A program made the position numbers and the translations under genes. From Macrostomum lignano (Eukaryota), in the NCBI GenBank assembly GCA_002269645.1, contig NIVC01001833.1:62001-126000 (forward strand): a DNA stretch of 64,000 nucleotides, in the 5' to 3' direction. Shown here piece after piece: positions 14,565 through 23,761 of this stretch. The first letter of the stretch is position 1; each line of letters begins with the position of its first letter. The notes under the pieces are model-generated. The model was not told the origin of the DNA. It saw only the letters and a list, made by a program, of their open reading frames with translations, and did not search any database.

Positions 14565-15008
14565 TCACAAGTCTGCTTGAATTCTGTCAAAAATTTGCTC
14601 CAACGATAAATCTTTCATCGCTTGAGTCTCCAGTCGAACCGCCTCAGCCTCCTGCTCTTCAACAATCAGAGAAGCAGCTCCCTGATGATGTACACGCAGA
14701 TCAAAACCGGACTCTTCAAGAGCCTGCAGTTCAGCGGCTTTCCATTTTCGAATTTCGACAGCAATTTTAGTCACATCCTCGAGCAGCCGACCCGTAGATG
14801 TCCTTGCCATCACATTCGACGAAGAATTCGTAGCATCTTCCTCCTCGGGATCTGTATCCTCATCGTCTATTTCACTGCCTTGAAGCTCGCCATTCTCGCT
14901 AGACAATATCTCGGAATTCTCTGCTTCCTCAGTGTCGGAAATGCAACGACTTTGCTCGTCTTTCTGGTAGGAAACTGCAGATTGATTCAACTCTGGAGCG
15001 TCTGACAT
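14565..15008 (-). CDS. Unidentified acidic ORF (147 aa), possibly one exon of a host gene
   Basis: ATG-initiated and non-repetitive, with moderate GC in an AT-rich context. It has an acidic N-terminal half and a helical-looking C-terminal half. No family recognised. Confidence 0.4.
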   Translation of the reverse strand: MSDAPELNQSAVSYQKDEQSRCISDTEEAENSEILSSENGELQGSEIDDEDTDPEEEDATNSSSNVMARTSTGRLLEDVTKIAVEIRKWKAAELQALEESGFDLRVHHQGAASLIVEEQEAEAVRLETQAMKDLSLEQIFDRIQADL

Positions 15009-15384
15009 GATGCAGAGATTCGCAGAAACCTCTGTCGACTGCAGTTACAGCGCTGGTTTTTATACACTTGCATGCAAAACTGCTTGTGGAAACTATGAAT
15101 GCATACATGTGCGCGATTCTTAATCTAATTTTTCTACCTATAGTTCTCATAATTCTTGTAAAAAGCCATACTGCCAAAAGCTTTGTTTAGAAAATAATTA
15201 AATTAATAGATCAATTTATTGACTTGCTCTTGATGCAAGGTGGACTATATACAGGAGCAGCATGGTTAAGAGAAACAGTTGTTCAAAACATTCTGCTTTT
15301 CATCAAATAAAGTGCACTGCATCCCCAACTGCTAATATTAATGAATGCAGCTACATGTGCTGCATAAATCATTTAAGCCCGAGG

Positions 15385-16166
15385 CAACTGAGGATCTAGG
15401 AGGATAGCCCAGCAACTGAGGATCTGGGAGGCTGGGCCCAGCAAGTGAGGATCTGGGATACTGGCCTAGCAACTGGGGATTTGGGAGGCTGGCCCAGCAA
15501 TTGAAGATCTGGAAGGCTGGCCCAGAAACTGAGGATCTGGGAGGCTGGGCCCAGCAAGTGAGGATCTGGGATACTGGCCTAGCAACTGGGGATTTGGGAG
15601 GCTGGCCCAGCAATTGAAGATCTGGAAGGCTGGCCCAGAAACTGAGGATCTGGGAGGCTGGGCCCAGCAAGTGAGGATCTGGGATACTGGCCTAGCAACT
15701 GGGGATTTGGGAGGCTGGCCCAGCAATTGAAGATCTGGAAGGCTGGCCCAGAAACTGAGGATCTGGGAGGCTGGGCCCAGCAACTGAGGATCTGGGAGGC
15801 TGGCCCAGCAACTGAAGATCTGGGAGTCTGGCCCAGCAACTGAGGATCTGGGAGTCTGGCCCAGCAACTGAGGATCTGGGAGTCTGGCCCAGCATCTGAG
15901 GATCTGGGAGGCTGGGCCCAGCATCTGAGGATCTGGGAGGCTGGGCTCAGCAATTGAGGATCTGGGAGTCTGGCCCAGCATCTGAGGATCTGGGAGGCTG
16001 GGCCCAGCAACTGAGGATCTGGGAGGCTGACCCAACAACTGAGGATCTGGGAGGCTGGGCCCAGCAAGTGAGGATCTGGGATACTGGCCTAGCAACTGAG
16101 GATTTGGGAGGCTGGCCCAGCAATTGAAGATCTGGAAGGCTGGCCCAGAAACTGAGGATCTGGGAG
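15385..16166. repeat. 28/29-bp minisatellite (GGAGGCTGGCCCAGCAACTGAGGATCTG) with a 113-bp higher-order repeat
   Basis: A block of four variant monomers starts at 15434, 15547, 15660 and again at 16057. Confidence 0.95.
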
Positions 16167-16634
16167 AAAATGGCAGTGGTTGCGAGGGTTCTAAGAAGAT
16201 TGCAAAATAATTGAAGCAAGCATTTAAGACTTGCGCCGTGTTACACGCAATAACGTTTATCACACACAGAGAACACGAAGGATTTCAGCTGATTAACAGG
16301 AGGAAAATATCGTTAATCCAACGTAGTGGTTGATGTATTTGAATTGTGTTGCAAATATAGGCTAGTATAATATAACAAAAACTAAATGGCTACGAGTAAA
16401 TAGAAATTACACAACACAAAACGTGCATTTATCTGGCAATATTTTACGTCAAGATCTATCTTGGATTAATGATGTTGTTAATCAAAAGGGGGCTGGGAGT
16501 TTGGTACTAATTTGAAAAGGCTATCAATAATATTTATAGGAGATTTGATTAAGTTTTAGTTAAAAAAACGCTACAGAAGTATTGCATCTCAAACGTTTAA
16601 AAACTGTAACAAAACCAACAATATTGTCTTGACG

Positions 16635-17031
16635 GGGCCATCACAAACCCGAAAAATCACAACTCCGAAAAGCGCTTTTCATCATAAACCCGAAATATCA
16701 TAAACCCGAAATATCACAAACCCGAAATATCATAACTCCGAAATTGATAGCAACACATATCATAAACCCGAAAAATCATAACTTCGAAAGTTCTAGCAAT
16801 GTCCAAGACTATTTTGGTTTTCGGAGTTATGATATTTCGGGTTTTTGATATTTCAGGTTTATGATGTGCGTTGCTAACACTTTTGAAGTTATGATATTTC
16901 GGGTTTATGATGGGCAATGCTATTTTGGTTTTTGGAGTTTGGGTTTATGATATTTCGGAGTTGTGATTTTTCGGGTTTATGATGGGAAGTGCTTTCGGAG
17001 TTGTGATTTTTCGGGTTTGTGATGACGACCC
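16635..17031. mobile_element. Foldback/Mutator-like MITE with internally repetitive inverted arms
   Basis: 9-bp direct repeat GTCTTGACG at 16626-16634 and 17032-17040. The left arm is built of ATCA(T/C)AAACCCGAAA units and the right arm of their reverse complement. Confidence 0.8.
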
Positions 17032-17188
17032 GTCTTGACGGCTATTAAAAATCTTTTAAAGTGGCTGAGTTTAACGTGCAAGCTTACTCTAAAACAGAAT
17101 TGTACACTAGAAAAAGCAAGAGGCATATTGTGACGCAAGTCAGTAACTAAAAAAACACAGATCCCTAATCCCTGAACTCCTGAACTGC

Positions 17189-18916
17189 TCAAAGTTTGCT
17201 GCTAACAGTTCCAGATTCTGCAGCCTCGTTCCCGCTTAAAAGCAGCAAGCGAAACTGGGCACACAAAGGCAGATGATCGGACGACTGCAGTCGATTAGGT
17301 ATGCCCCCAATCTGATTCAACTGACGAGGCGTTAACAGATTCAGTTGGGCCAAGCACTGCAGCAAAGGTACTGGAGTCGGTTTCAATTCTGTCTGCTCTG
17401 CCGTTTTGTTGCTAACCGAAGTTCGACCCGAACTATAAAAGATTGCGTCCACTGTACAACTGTCTTGAGCAGTGTAGGACGTTATAGTAAACAGATTGTT
17501 GGAGTCGCGATAGTCGTAAGCCGATTGGAAACTCAATTGATGAGAGAGCACTAATTCGGTAGGAGGTGCTTTTTCCTGCTTCTTTCTCTGGGCAGAAATT
17601 GATTCTGAATCGGCCTCTTTAAACTGGCATTCGAACGTGAATCCAGCCCGTTTAATAAGTTCGGGATTGAGATAGGCCTGCGATCGCCGTCTGAGAAAGC
17701 TGGTAGCATTCTGCATAGAAATATCGGACACTAGCAGTTTGTCCAGACTGAGACTGCCCTCCAGGAACAGATGGAACAGAGCGGAATTCGGTTGCGAATT
17801 CAAGTCGCCGCACAGAATCACCGGAGTCTCGGGTGCAACAGTGCTAGCAAGTGTGGCAAGCAGATTAGCCGATTGTAACAGTTTGGCATCGCCCCGATTC
17901 GGATTAAACAACAGGTGAGTGTTGGCGATAGCGATTTGGCTAGATGGATTCGATAGCAAGCTGAGAACGGCCACCTGAGCCACATTGTGATAAGCCATTG
18001 CTGGCAGATCCTCCCTATAAAACTCTACAGGCGTGTACTTATCCAATCGAAACACATCGCGACGCCAGAAAATAGCGCAACCGTCTAAAGCTTTGCCAGT
18101 CTTGGCCAAATAGCAGCCCTCAAAGCCGAGCGAGCTGAGCTCACGCTCGAAATAATTGGCATAGGCGTCTGGCTCCACCTCCTGCAAGCAGAGGACATCG
18201 GCGCGCAAGCAGCGAATATCGGATAACAGATTCAATCGCCTTAGAGGCCAATTTAACCAGCGCGGATTGCGCACGTGACTGTACAAGTGCGGATTAAATT
18301 CCAGATGACATTGGGCAAGAATGTTATAAGATAGTACGCGAAAATCCACGTGCCTAGAATTTTCCGGTTGAAGCGGCGAACTATTCGGATCTGCAAATTG
18401 TTTCCATCGTCGAAGGCTTGGCGAAGCTGAATTACACGATGATGAGTAGTTTCTCTGGTGTCTATAGTTCGGTCCGGCACCGCCCATTCCCTGCTGATTG
18501 TAGGGCCTGTACCGAAATATACTGCCTCCGCGGCCACTACTGCGATGCTGACTCTGATACTGATGATGCTGATACTGCATAAGAGATCCATAAGACAACG
18601 CTTGCAAGTCCTGTTGAAAATATTCTAAGCCTTGATGAGGATGATGATGACCTGCTACCTGAAAGTATGAATAATTACTAGTTTGATAGCCGCCACTATC
18701 ACTACTGGTAGTAGCATTCTGAGATGAATTCCAATTTTGATAGGACCGACGAAAAATCGAGCTTCTGCGATCGGGTGGCCTGCTTTGATTTCCTTGCATA
18801 TCCGTTGAGTAGTAGCTGGATTCCGATCCCGCTGTTGTTATTGCTGCTTTCAATTTCTGGCACCAAAGGGGCCGAATTCTACTGCTAATGCGGTGTAGGG
18901 AACGAAAAACTGGCAT
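17189..18916 (-). CDS. angel: Angel-family (CCR4/EEP superfamily) phosphatase, intronless, 575 aa
   Basis: Motifs SYNILAQ, LCLQEV, DGCAIFW, NTHLLFNPNRGDAKLLQ (Angel-type), CGDLNS, TVDAIFYS and SSDHLPL in a single open frame. Confidence 0.9.
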   Translation of the reverse strand: MPVFRSLHRISSRIRPLWCQKLKAAITTAGSESSYYSTDMQGNQSRPPDRRSSIFRRSYQNWNSSQNATTSSDSGGYQTSNYSYFQVAGHHHPHQGLEYFQQDLQALSYGSLMQYQHHQYQSQHRSSGRGGSIFRYRPYNQQGMGGAGPNYRHQRNYSSSCNSASPSLRRWKQFADPNSSPLQPENSRHVDFRVLSYNILAQCHLEFNPHLYSHVRNPRWLNWPLRRLNLLSDIRCLRADVLCLQEVEPDAYANYFERELSSLGFEGCYLAKTGKALDGCAIFWRRDVFRLDKYTPVEFYREDLPAMAYHNVAQVAVLSLLSNPSSQIAIANTHLLFNPNRGDAKLLQSANLLATLASTVAPETPVILCGDLNSQPNSALFHLFLEGSLSLDKLLVSDISMQNATSFLRRRSQAYLNPELIKRAGFTFECQFKEADSESISAQRKKQEKAPPTELVLSHQLSFQSAYDYRDSNNLFTITSYTAQDSCTVDAIFYSSGRTSVSNKTAEQTELKPTPVPLLQCLAQLNLLTPRQLNQIGGIPNRLQSSDHLPLCAQFRLLLLSGNEAAESGTVSSKL

Positions 18917-19106
18917 GAAAAAATAATTTCAATTTAAGCAATAATTAGGCAATATTTTGGCGATGATTGAATACAATTAATGGAAGTTTTTCATAGACTG
19001 AACTATTAGATGCTGTCACCTTAATCTTTAATCTAACGTCATAGTTTAAGCATGAACAACTGTAGAAGAACGAAGCCTATACATTTGATCTCTACATTTT
19101 TACTAG

Positions 19107-19253
19107 GATTTTATGCTTGTGCGTTCAAGCATTCCAATGTTTGACACGCAAGAAAGTGATGAATTTGAAGGTGGGACCTTCTTGTCTTTTTTAAAGAACC
19201 GACGCCTAGCACCTGATGCTGTACCCTCGATCTTTCGGAATGCTTCTTCCTAA
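19107..19253 (+). pseudogene. Possible THAP-domain C-terminal fragment
   Basis: An open frame after an AG reads DF...KNRRLAPDAVPSIFR. AVPSIF matches the THAP C-terminal box, but the C2CH part was not found. Confidence 0.3.
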
Positions 19254-19554
19254 ATTAGTACTTTCCTACCACGCATCTGGCCTCCCAGTTAGGTAAATTA
19301 TCATTCGCCAAAGACTTGACAGCACAAGGCAGGTTGAGAACCTTGAAGAAAATTTGAGAAATCTCTTAAATTAGCGAAACTTGAAGCCAAGGTTGATTAC
19401 TCAATCGATAGATCACCTAGCAGAGCAAATATCCTTCGTTCCCGTAAATAAAATAAATGAGAGTGGGAAGAATAAAAAATATTGATGAAACAAAGAATTC
19501 ATAAATCGTGGCCTAAATAGCTAAGCAATATGACTAAGCACATTTTGTTAATTG

Positions 19555-19826
19555 TAATAATAATAGTAATAATAATTGATTACACCTGCTCCAATTGGGC
19601 CAGATGTGCAGCCGACAACTGAAAGCTGCCGACATGTGGGTCACACCACACATCCTCAATTATCCCAGCTAATGCTGGCACCCATTTTACAGCTCTGGGT
19701 GAACTGAAGCAATGCAGAGTTTAGGGCCTTGCTCAAGGACACAAATTGTTCCAGTGGGATCGGAAATCGAACCCCCGACCTTCAAGTCGTGAGTACGACG
19801 CTCTGACCGCTAGGCTACAACACCCC
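19555..19826 (-). mobile_element. tRNA-derived SINE with a CORE-like central segment
   Basis: The minus strand shows an A box (TAGCCTAGCGG), a B box (GGTTCGATTTCC), then GTGTCCTTGAGCAAGGCCCTAAAC...TCACCCAG...AAATGGGT and a (TTA)n-like tail. Confidence 0.75.
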
Positions 19827-20404
19827 TTTTAATTGTAATGAAACTACAATTGAGCTACGCTCGTATCCAAAAGAAAAAGAAAATTAAGTTTAGAACTTAA
19901 TTAAGAACTTTTGAGCAGAAAAGTAATGAGGAAAATATCGTAACTGTTTAATATTAAAAAATGAAACTAACAAACTACAAGCTCTCAGCAAGAAAGTTGT
20001 AAAAAGCCGATATATTTCACATTCCACTACATGCACAATTTCAAAACTAAGTGACTATTTATAAGAAACATTAAACAACTAACATAAGTAGCACGCATGT
20101 TAATTCAGTTCATTTTTCGCTAATTATCGCCTTTATTTTGATTCCGGGCTGCTTCAAGTCGCAGTACTTGAGGCGGCAGTAGTGACAAACCAATCCAGGA
20201 CGTGATTGCATGAGCCTCTGTAATTTGTGTAGGTTTCCAAATGAGTGATTATGCATTGCTGCCAATTAATGATCACAAAGTGTACTTGAAGCAGCTAACT
20301 CAATAAGACTTACTAGAGACGATTGTAGGATATTTTTCGTACGCGTCCAGTTGGAACTCTGAAATTTAGGCAGAAAAAGTATTTTCAAATTAAAAGTGAA
20401 TTCT

Positions 20405-20838
20405 GGAAGGCTGGTCCAGAAACTGAGGATCTGGGAGGCTGACCCAGCAACTGAGGATCTGGAAGGCTGGTCCAGAAACTGAGGATCTGGGAGGCTGGCC
20501 CAGCAACTGAGGATTTGGGAGGCTGGCCCAGAAACTGAGGATCTGGGAGGCTGGCCCAGCAACTGAGGATCTGGGAGGCTGGCCCAGCAACTGAGGATGT
20601 GGGAGGCTGGCCCAGCAACTGAGAATGTGGGAGGCTGGCCCAGCAACTGAGGATCTGGGAGGCTGGCCCAGAAACTGAGGATCTGGGAGGCTGGTGGCAC
20701 AGCAACTGAGGATCTGGGAGGCTGGCCCAGAAACTGAGGATCTGGGAGGCTGGCCCAGAAACTGAGGATCTGGGAGGCTGGCCCAGCAATTGAGGATCTG
20801 GGAGGCTGGCCCAGCAACTAAGGACCTGGGAGGCTGGC
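20405..20838. repeat. Second array of the 28-bp GGAGGCTGGCCCAGCAACTGAGGATCTG minisatellite
   Basis: Same monomer and orientation as 15385-16166. Confidence 0.95.
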
Positions 20839-21389
20839 AAGTGGCTCCTTAACTGAAAAAGGAAGAATTAAAAATAAATCAAAGCAGAAATTTCCATTTT
20901 TTAACAGACTCACTCACCTGAACTAGTCTTCATTCTGACCAATGTGATCAGACCCATAAGAACAATTGGAGTAGGAATAGTTACAATCAGAGCGTGTTTA
21001 AATGAAATGAAAGTTTTAGTAGCAGGCCGACCAGAGGCTACGTGCGCCTTCCGAGTTGCCTTAGTGAATCTTTGCACCGTTGTGAACATGCTGCAGTGCT
21101 GAAATGTTTGAAAAATATCAACTAAACATCCAGGTTTGCTAAGAATTAGACTAATTTCAGGCTAAGTACATTTTTAAACAATAAATAACAAACTAACAGA
21201 TAAGAGTGCAAAATTTTTAATACACAGGCCACTGTGAAAATGCGTATAATGATATAATTAAGTTTAATTGACTGTACGAGCACGTTATTAACATATTTAA
21301 TGCGAGTCGAGGAAAAAACACTTCGGATGATATTGGTTGGGAGGGGGAGGGTGCTAATGGTGGCTGGTCAATGGGGCGCCAGGTTGCTT

Positions 21390-21842
21390 TGAAAGGCGCT
21401 ATGATGATTTGGAAGTCGCCATAGAGATTTGGAAGGCGCCATAGGGAGTTGGAAGGCGCCATGAGGATTTGGAAGGCGCTATAGAGATTTGTAAGGCGCC
21501 ATGAGGATTTGGAAGGCGCCATAGGGAGTTGGAAGGCGCCATGAGGAGTTGGAAGGCGCCATAGAGATTTGGAAGGCACCGCATGGATTTGGAAGGCGCC
21601 ATAGGGATTTGATAGGCGCCGCATGGATTTGGAAGGCGCCATGAGGATTTGAAAAGCGCCATAGAGATTTGGAAGGCGCCGCATGGATTTGAAAGGCGCC
21701 ATAGGGATTTGATAGGCGCCGCATGGATTTGAAAGGCGCTATAGGGATTTGATGGGCGCTATAGGGATTGGAGAGGCGCCATGAGGAACTGAAACGCGCC
21801 ATAGGGATTTGAGACTCGCCACAGGGATTCGGAAGGCGCCGA
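21390..21842. repeat. 20-bp minisatellite (GGCGCCATAGGGATTTGGAA)
   Basis: About 22 tandem copies. Confidence 0.95.
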
Positions 21843-22063
21843 ATCGATTTTAGAAACACACAGAGATATTTATGCACATGTAGATAACGTAAGCATTGAC
21901 ATTGGCTGAAGCATCAAATTACATGATGTAATTAAAATTAAGCCGGAAAACTAATTCAAACACAACTTCCTCGAAATGCTACTATCAATAGCAGAAAATG
22001 AAAATCAAACAAATAACGAAGACGAAGAATAATAACATCATGTGTTAATAGAAATTAAAGCCT

Positions 22064-22297
22064 CTAAGAATCATTTTGAGTAGCTGGCATAGGATTATAA
22101 CCAATCCGCTCATTCCTAATAGCCTTCTCGCGTTCCAGATCGGACACTACAGGCTCTGCTTTAATGTCTGAAGTCGATGATGACGAAGCAGCGGCAGCAG
22201 CAGCCGCAGCCCTAGCTTTAGCAACTGTTCGAGCTTGCTCAAGCTCAGATAGATCGTCCATTTTCAATTCAATTCGACTGATTGGTCGGCGAAGCAT
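22064..22297 (-). CDS. CDC26: Anaphase-promoting complex subunit CDC26 (77 aa)
   Basis: The N-terminus MLRRPISRIELKMDDLSE matches the CDC26 pattern MLRR.PT.LELKLDD, and the C-terminus REKAIRNERIGYNP matches RE..IN.RIGY.P (recalled family pattern). Confidence 0.85.
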   Translation of the reverse strand: MLRRPISRIELKMDDLSELEQARTVAKARAAAAAAAASSSSTSDIKAEPVVSDLEREKAIRNERIGYNPMPATQNDS

Positions 22298-22511
22298 GAT
22301 TTAATTAGTCAAATAATTACCGAGCTATCAGGAATATTTAGTTGAGTATGTGTTAATTAACTGACGAAATGTCTATGGCCAAAAGACCATAGATCCAGTG
22401 CTGCAGTCAGCGGCCACACCGGCCAAGACTGTCTATGGTAAATCCTCACTCATCGCTGTACCATACGATCCAACTATAATACGTTTAAATGCATTTGAAA
22501 GATACTAATTG

Positions 22512-22805
22512 ATGGGAATTCCACTGAGGCTGAGGGGGATTCCATCGATGAGAATTCTACCGAGGCTGAGAGGGATTCCTCCGATGGGAATTCCACTGAG
22601 ACTGAGGGGGGATTCCATCGATGAGAATTCCACCGAGGCTGAGGGGGGTTCCTTCAATGGGAATTCCACTGAGGCTGGGGTTCCTCCGATGGGAATTCCA
22701 CTGAGGCTGAGGGGGGTTCCTTCAATGGGAATTCCACTGAGGCTGGGGTTCCTCCGATGGGAATTCCACTGAGGCTGAGGGGGATTCCTCCGATAGGAAT
22801 TCCAA
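22512..22805. repeat. ~34-36-bp minisatellite (GGGAATTCCACTGAGGCTGAGGGGGATTCCATCGAT)
   Basis: About 8 tandem copies. Confidence 0.9.
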
Positions 22806-23761
22806 AGATTTTAATTTTTAGGATTTCAAACTAATATATCGTACCGTAAATTTACACAAAAACCCTAAAAGTATGATACTACTCAAACACTAGCTAAAAT
22901 AATATAAACAGAAGACAAAAATCGTTTCTACAAGAATAATGATTTTTTATTTAATCATTTCTGCAACCATACGCTATTAATGGCTTTTAAAAGCATCAAT
23001 TTGCGGTACATAAACAATTTATGAAATTTATCAGCTCTTTATGTATAAAAAATATTGAAAGCTTTTTACTGGTTAACACGTTATCGAATGCAATCATTTT
23101 TATTCAAAAGAGCAGAGCACAATTCTAGCAGTAGGCCAAAAGACTATGATAAGTAATATGAAAGCTTTTGGTTTTTATAATTTATGTGACAGTAATAAAT
23201 AACAAACAGAAATTTGAATTAATCAGAATAATGCATGGACGCAAAAGTCAAACAACACGACAAGAAAAATCATAAAAAACGATTCTCTGTTTCTGGTCAA
23301 GTCAGACAGTACAAAATTATGTAAAAAAACAATACAGTGATAAGCGCAAGTTGACCTCAAACTTTCATAGCACAGTAAGGCATACGGGTGGTTTTTTTAC
23401 TTTCAGGTGAATGGTGAAATGAAACAATATTGATAAGCACATTTTATGTTGACTGTTTCGGATTTTTCATACTTTCTTATCAAAAAAAGCTCTTTAGAGA
23501 CGGCATAGCAACTAACAAAATTCCATAATTAATTCATACTAACTAGGATTTTCTTCCAATTAACTGAGATTCTCAAGCACATATATTAAATCAAACTTCT
23601 GGAGGTTCTTGAAATCATTCTTAAGATCATACTTGGTATTTTTAACCAAGTGATAAAAAAGATGAAATGCCAAAATCAAATCATTGAATGACTGAAACCC
23701 GATACTGCCCCCCAAGGGGGCAATCGCGCTAGTCCACACAACTAAATTTCTCCAGCTAAGT

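Noticed and set aside
19750-19826. tRNA gene
   Set aside because: A and B boxes are present, but there is no convincing cloverleaf and it continues into a SINE body and tail.
15338-22805. Pro/Ser/Gly repeat ORFs in the 28-, 20- and 36-bp arrays
   Set aside because: These are minisatellite artefacts appearing in several frames at once.
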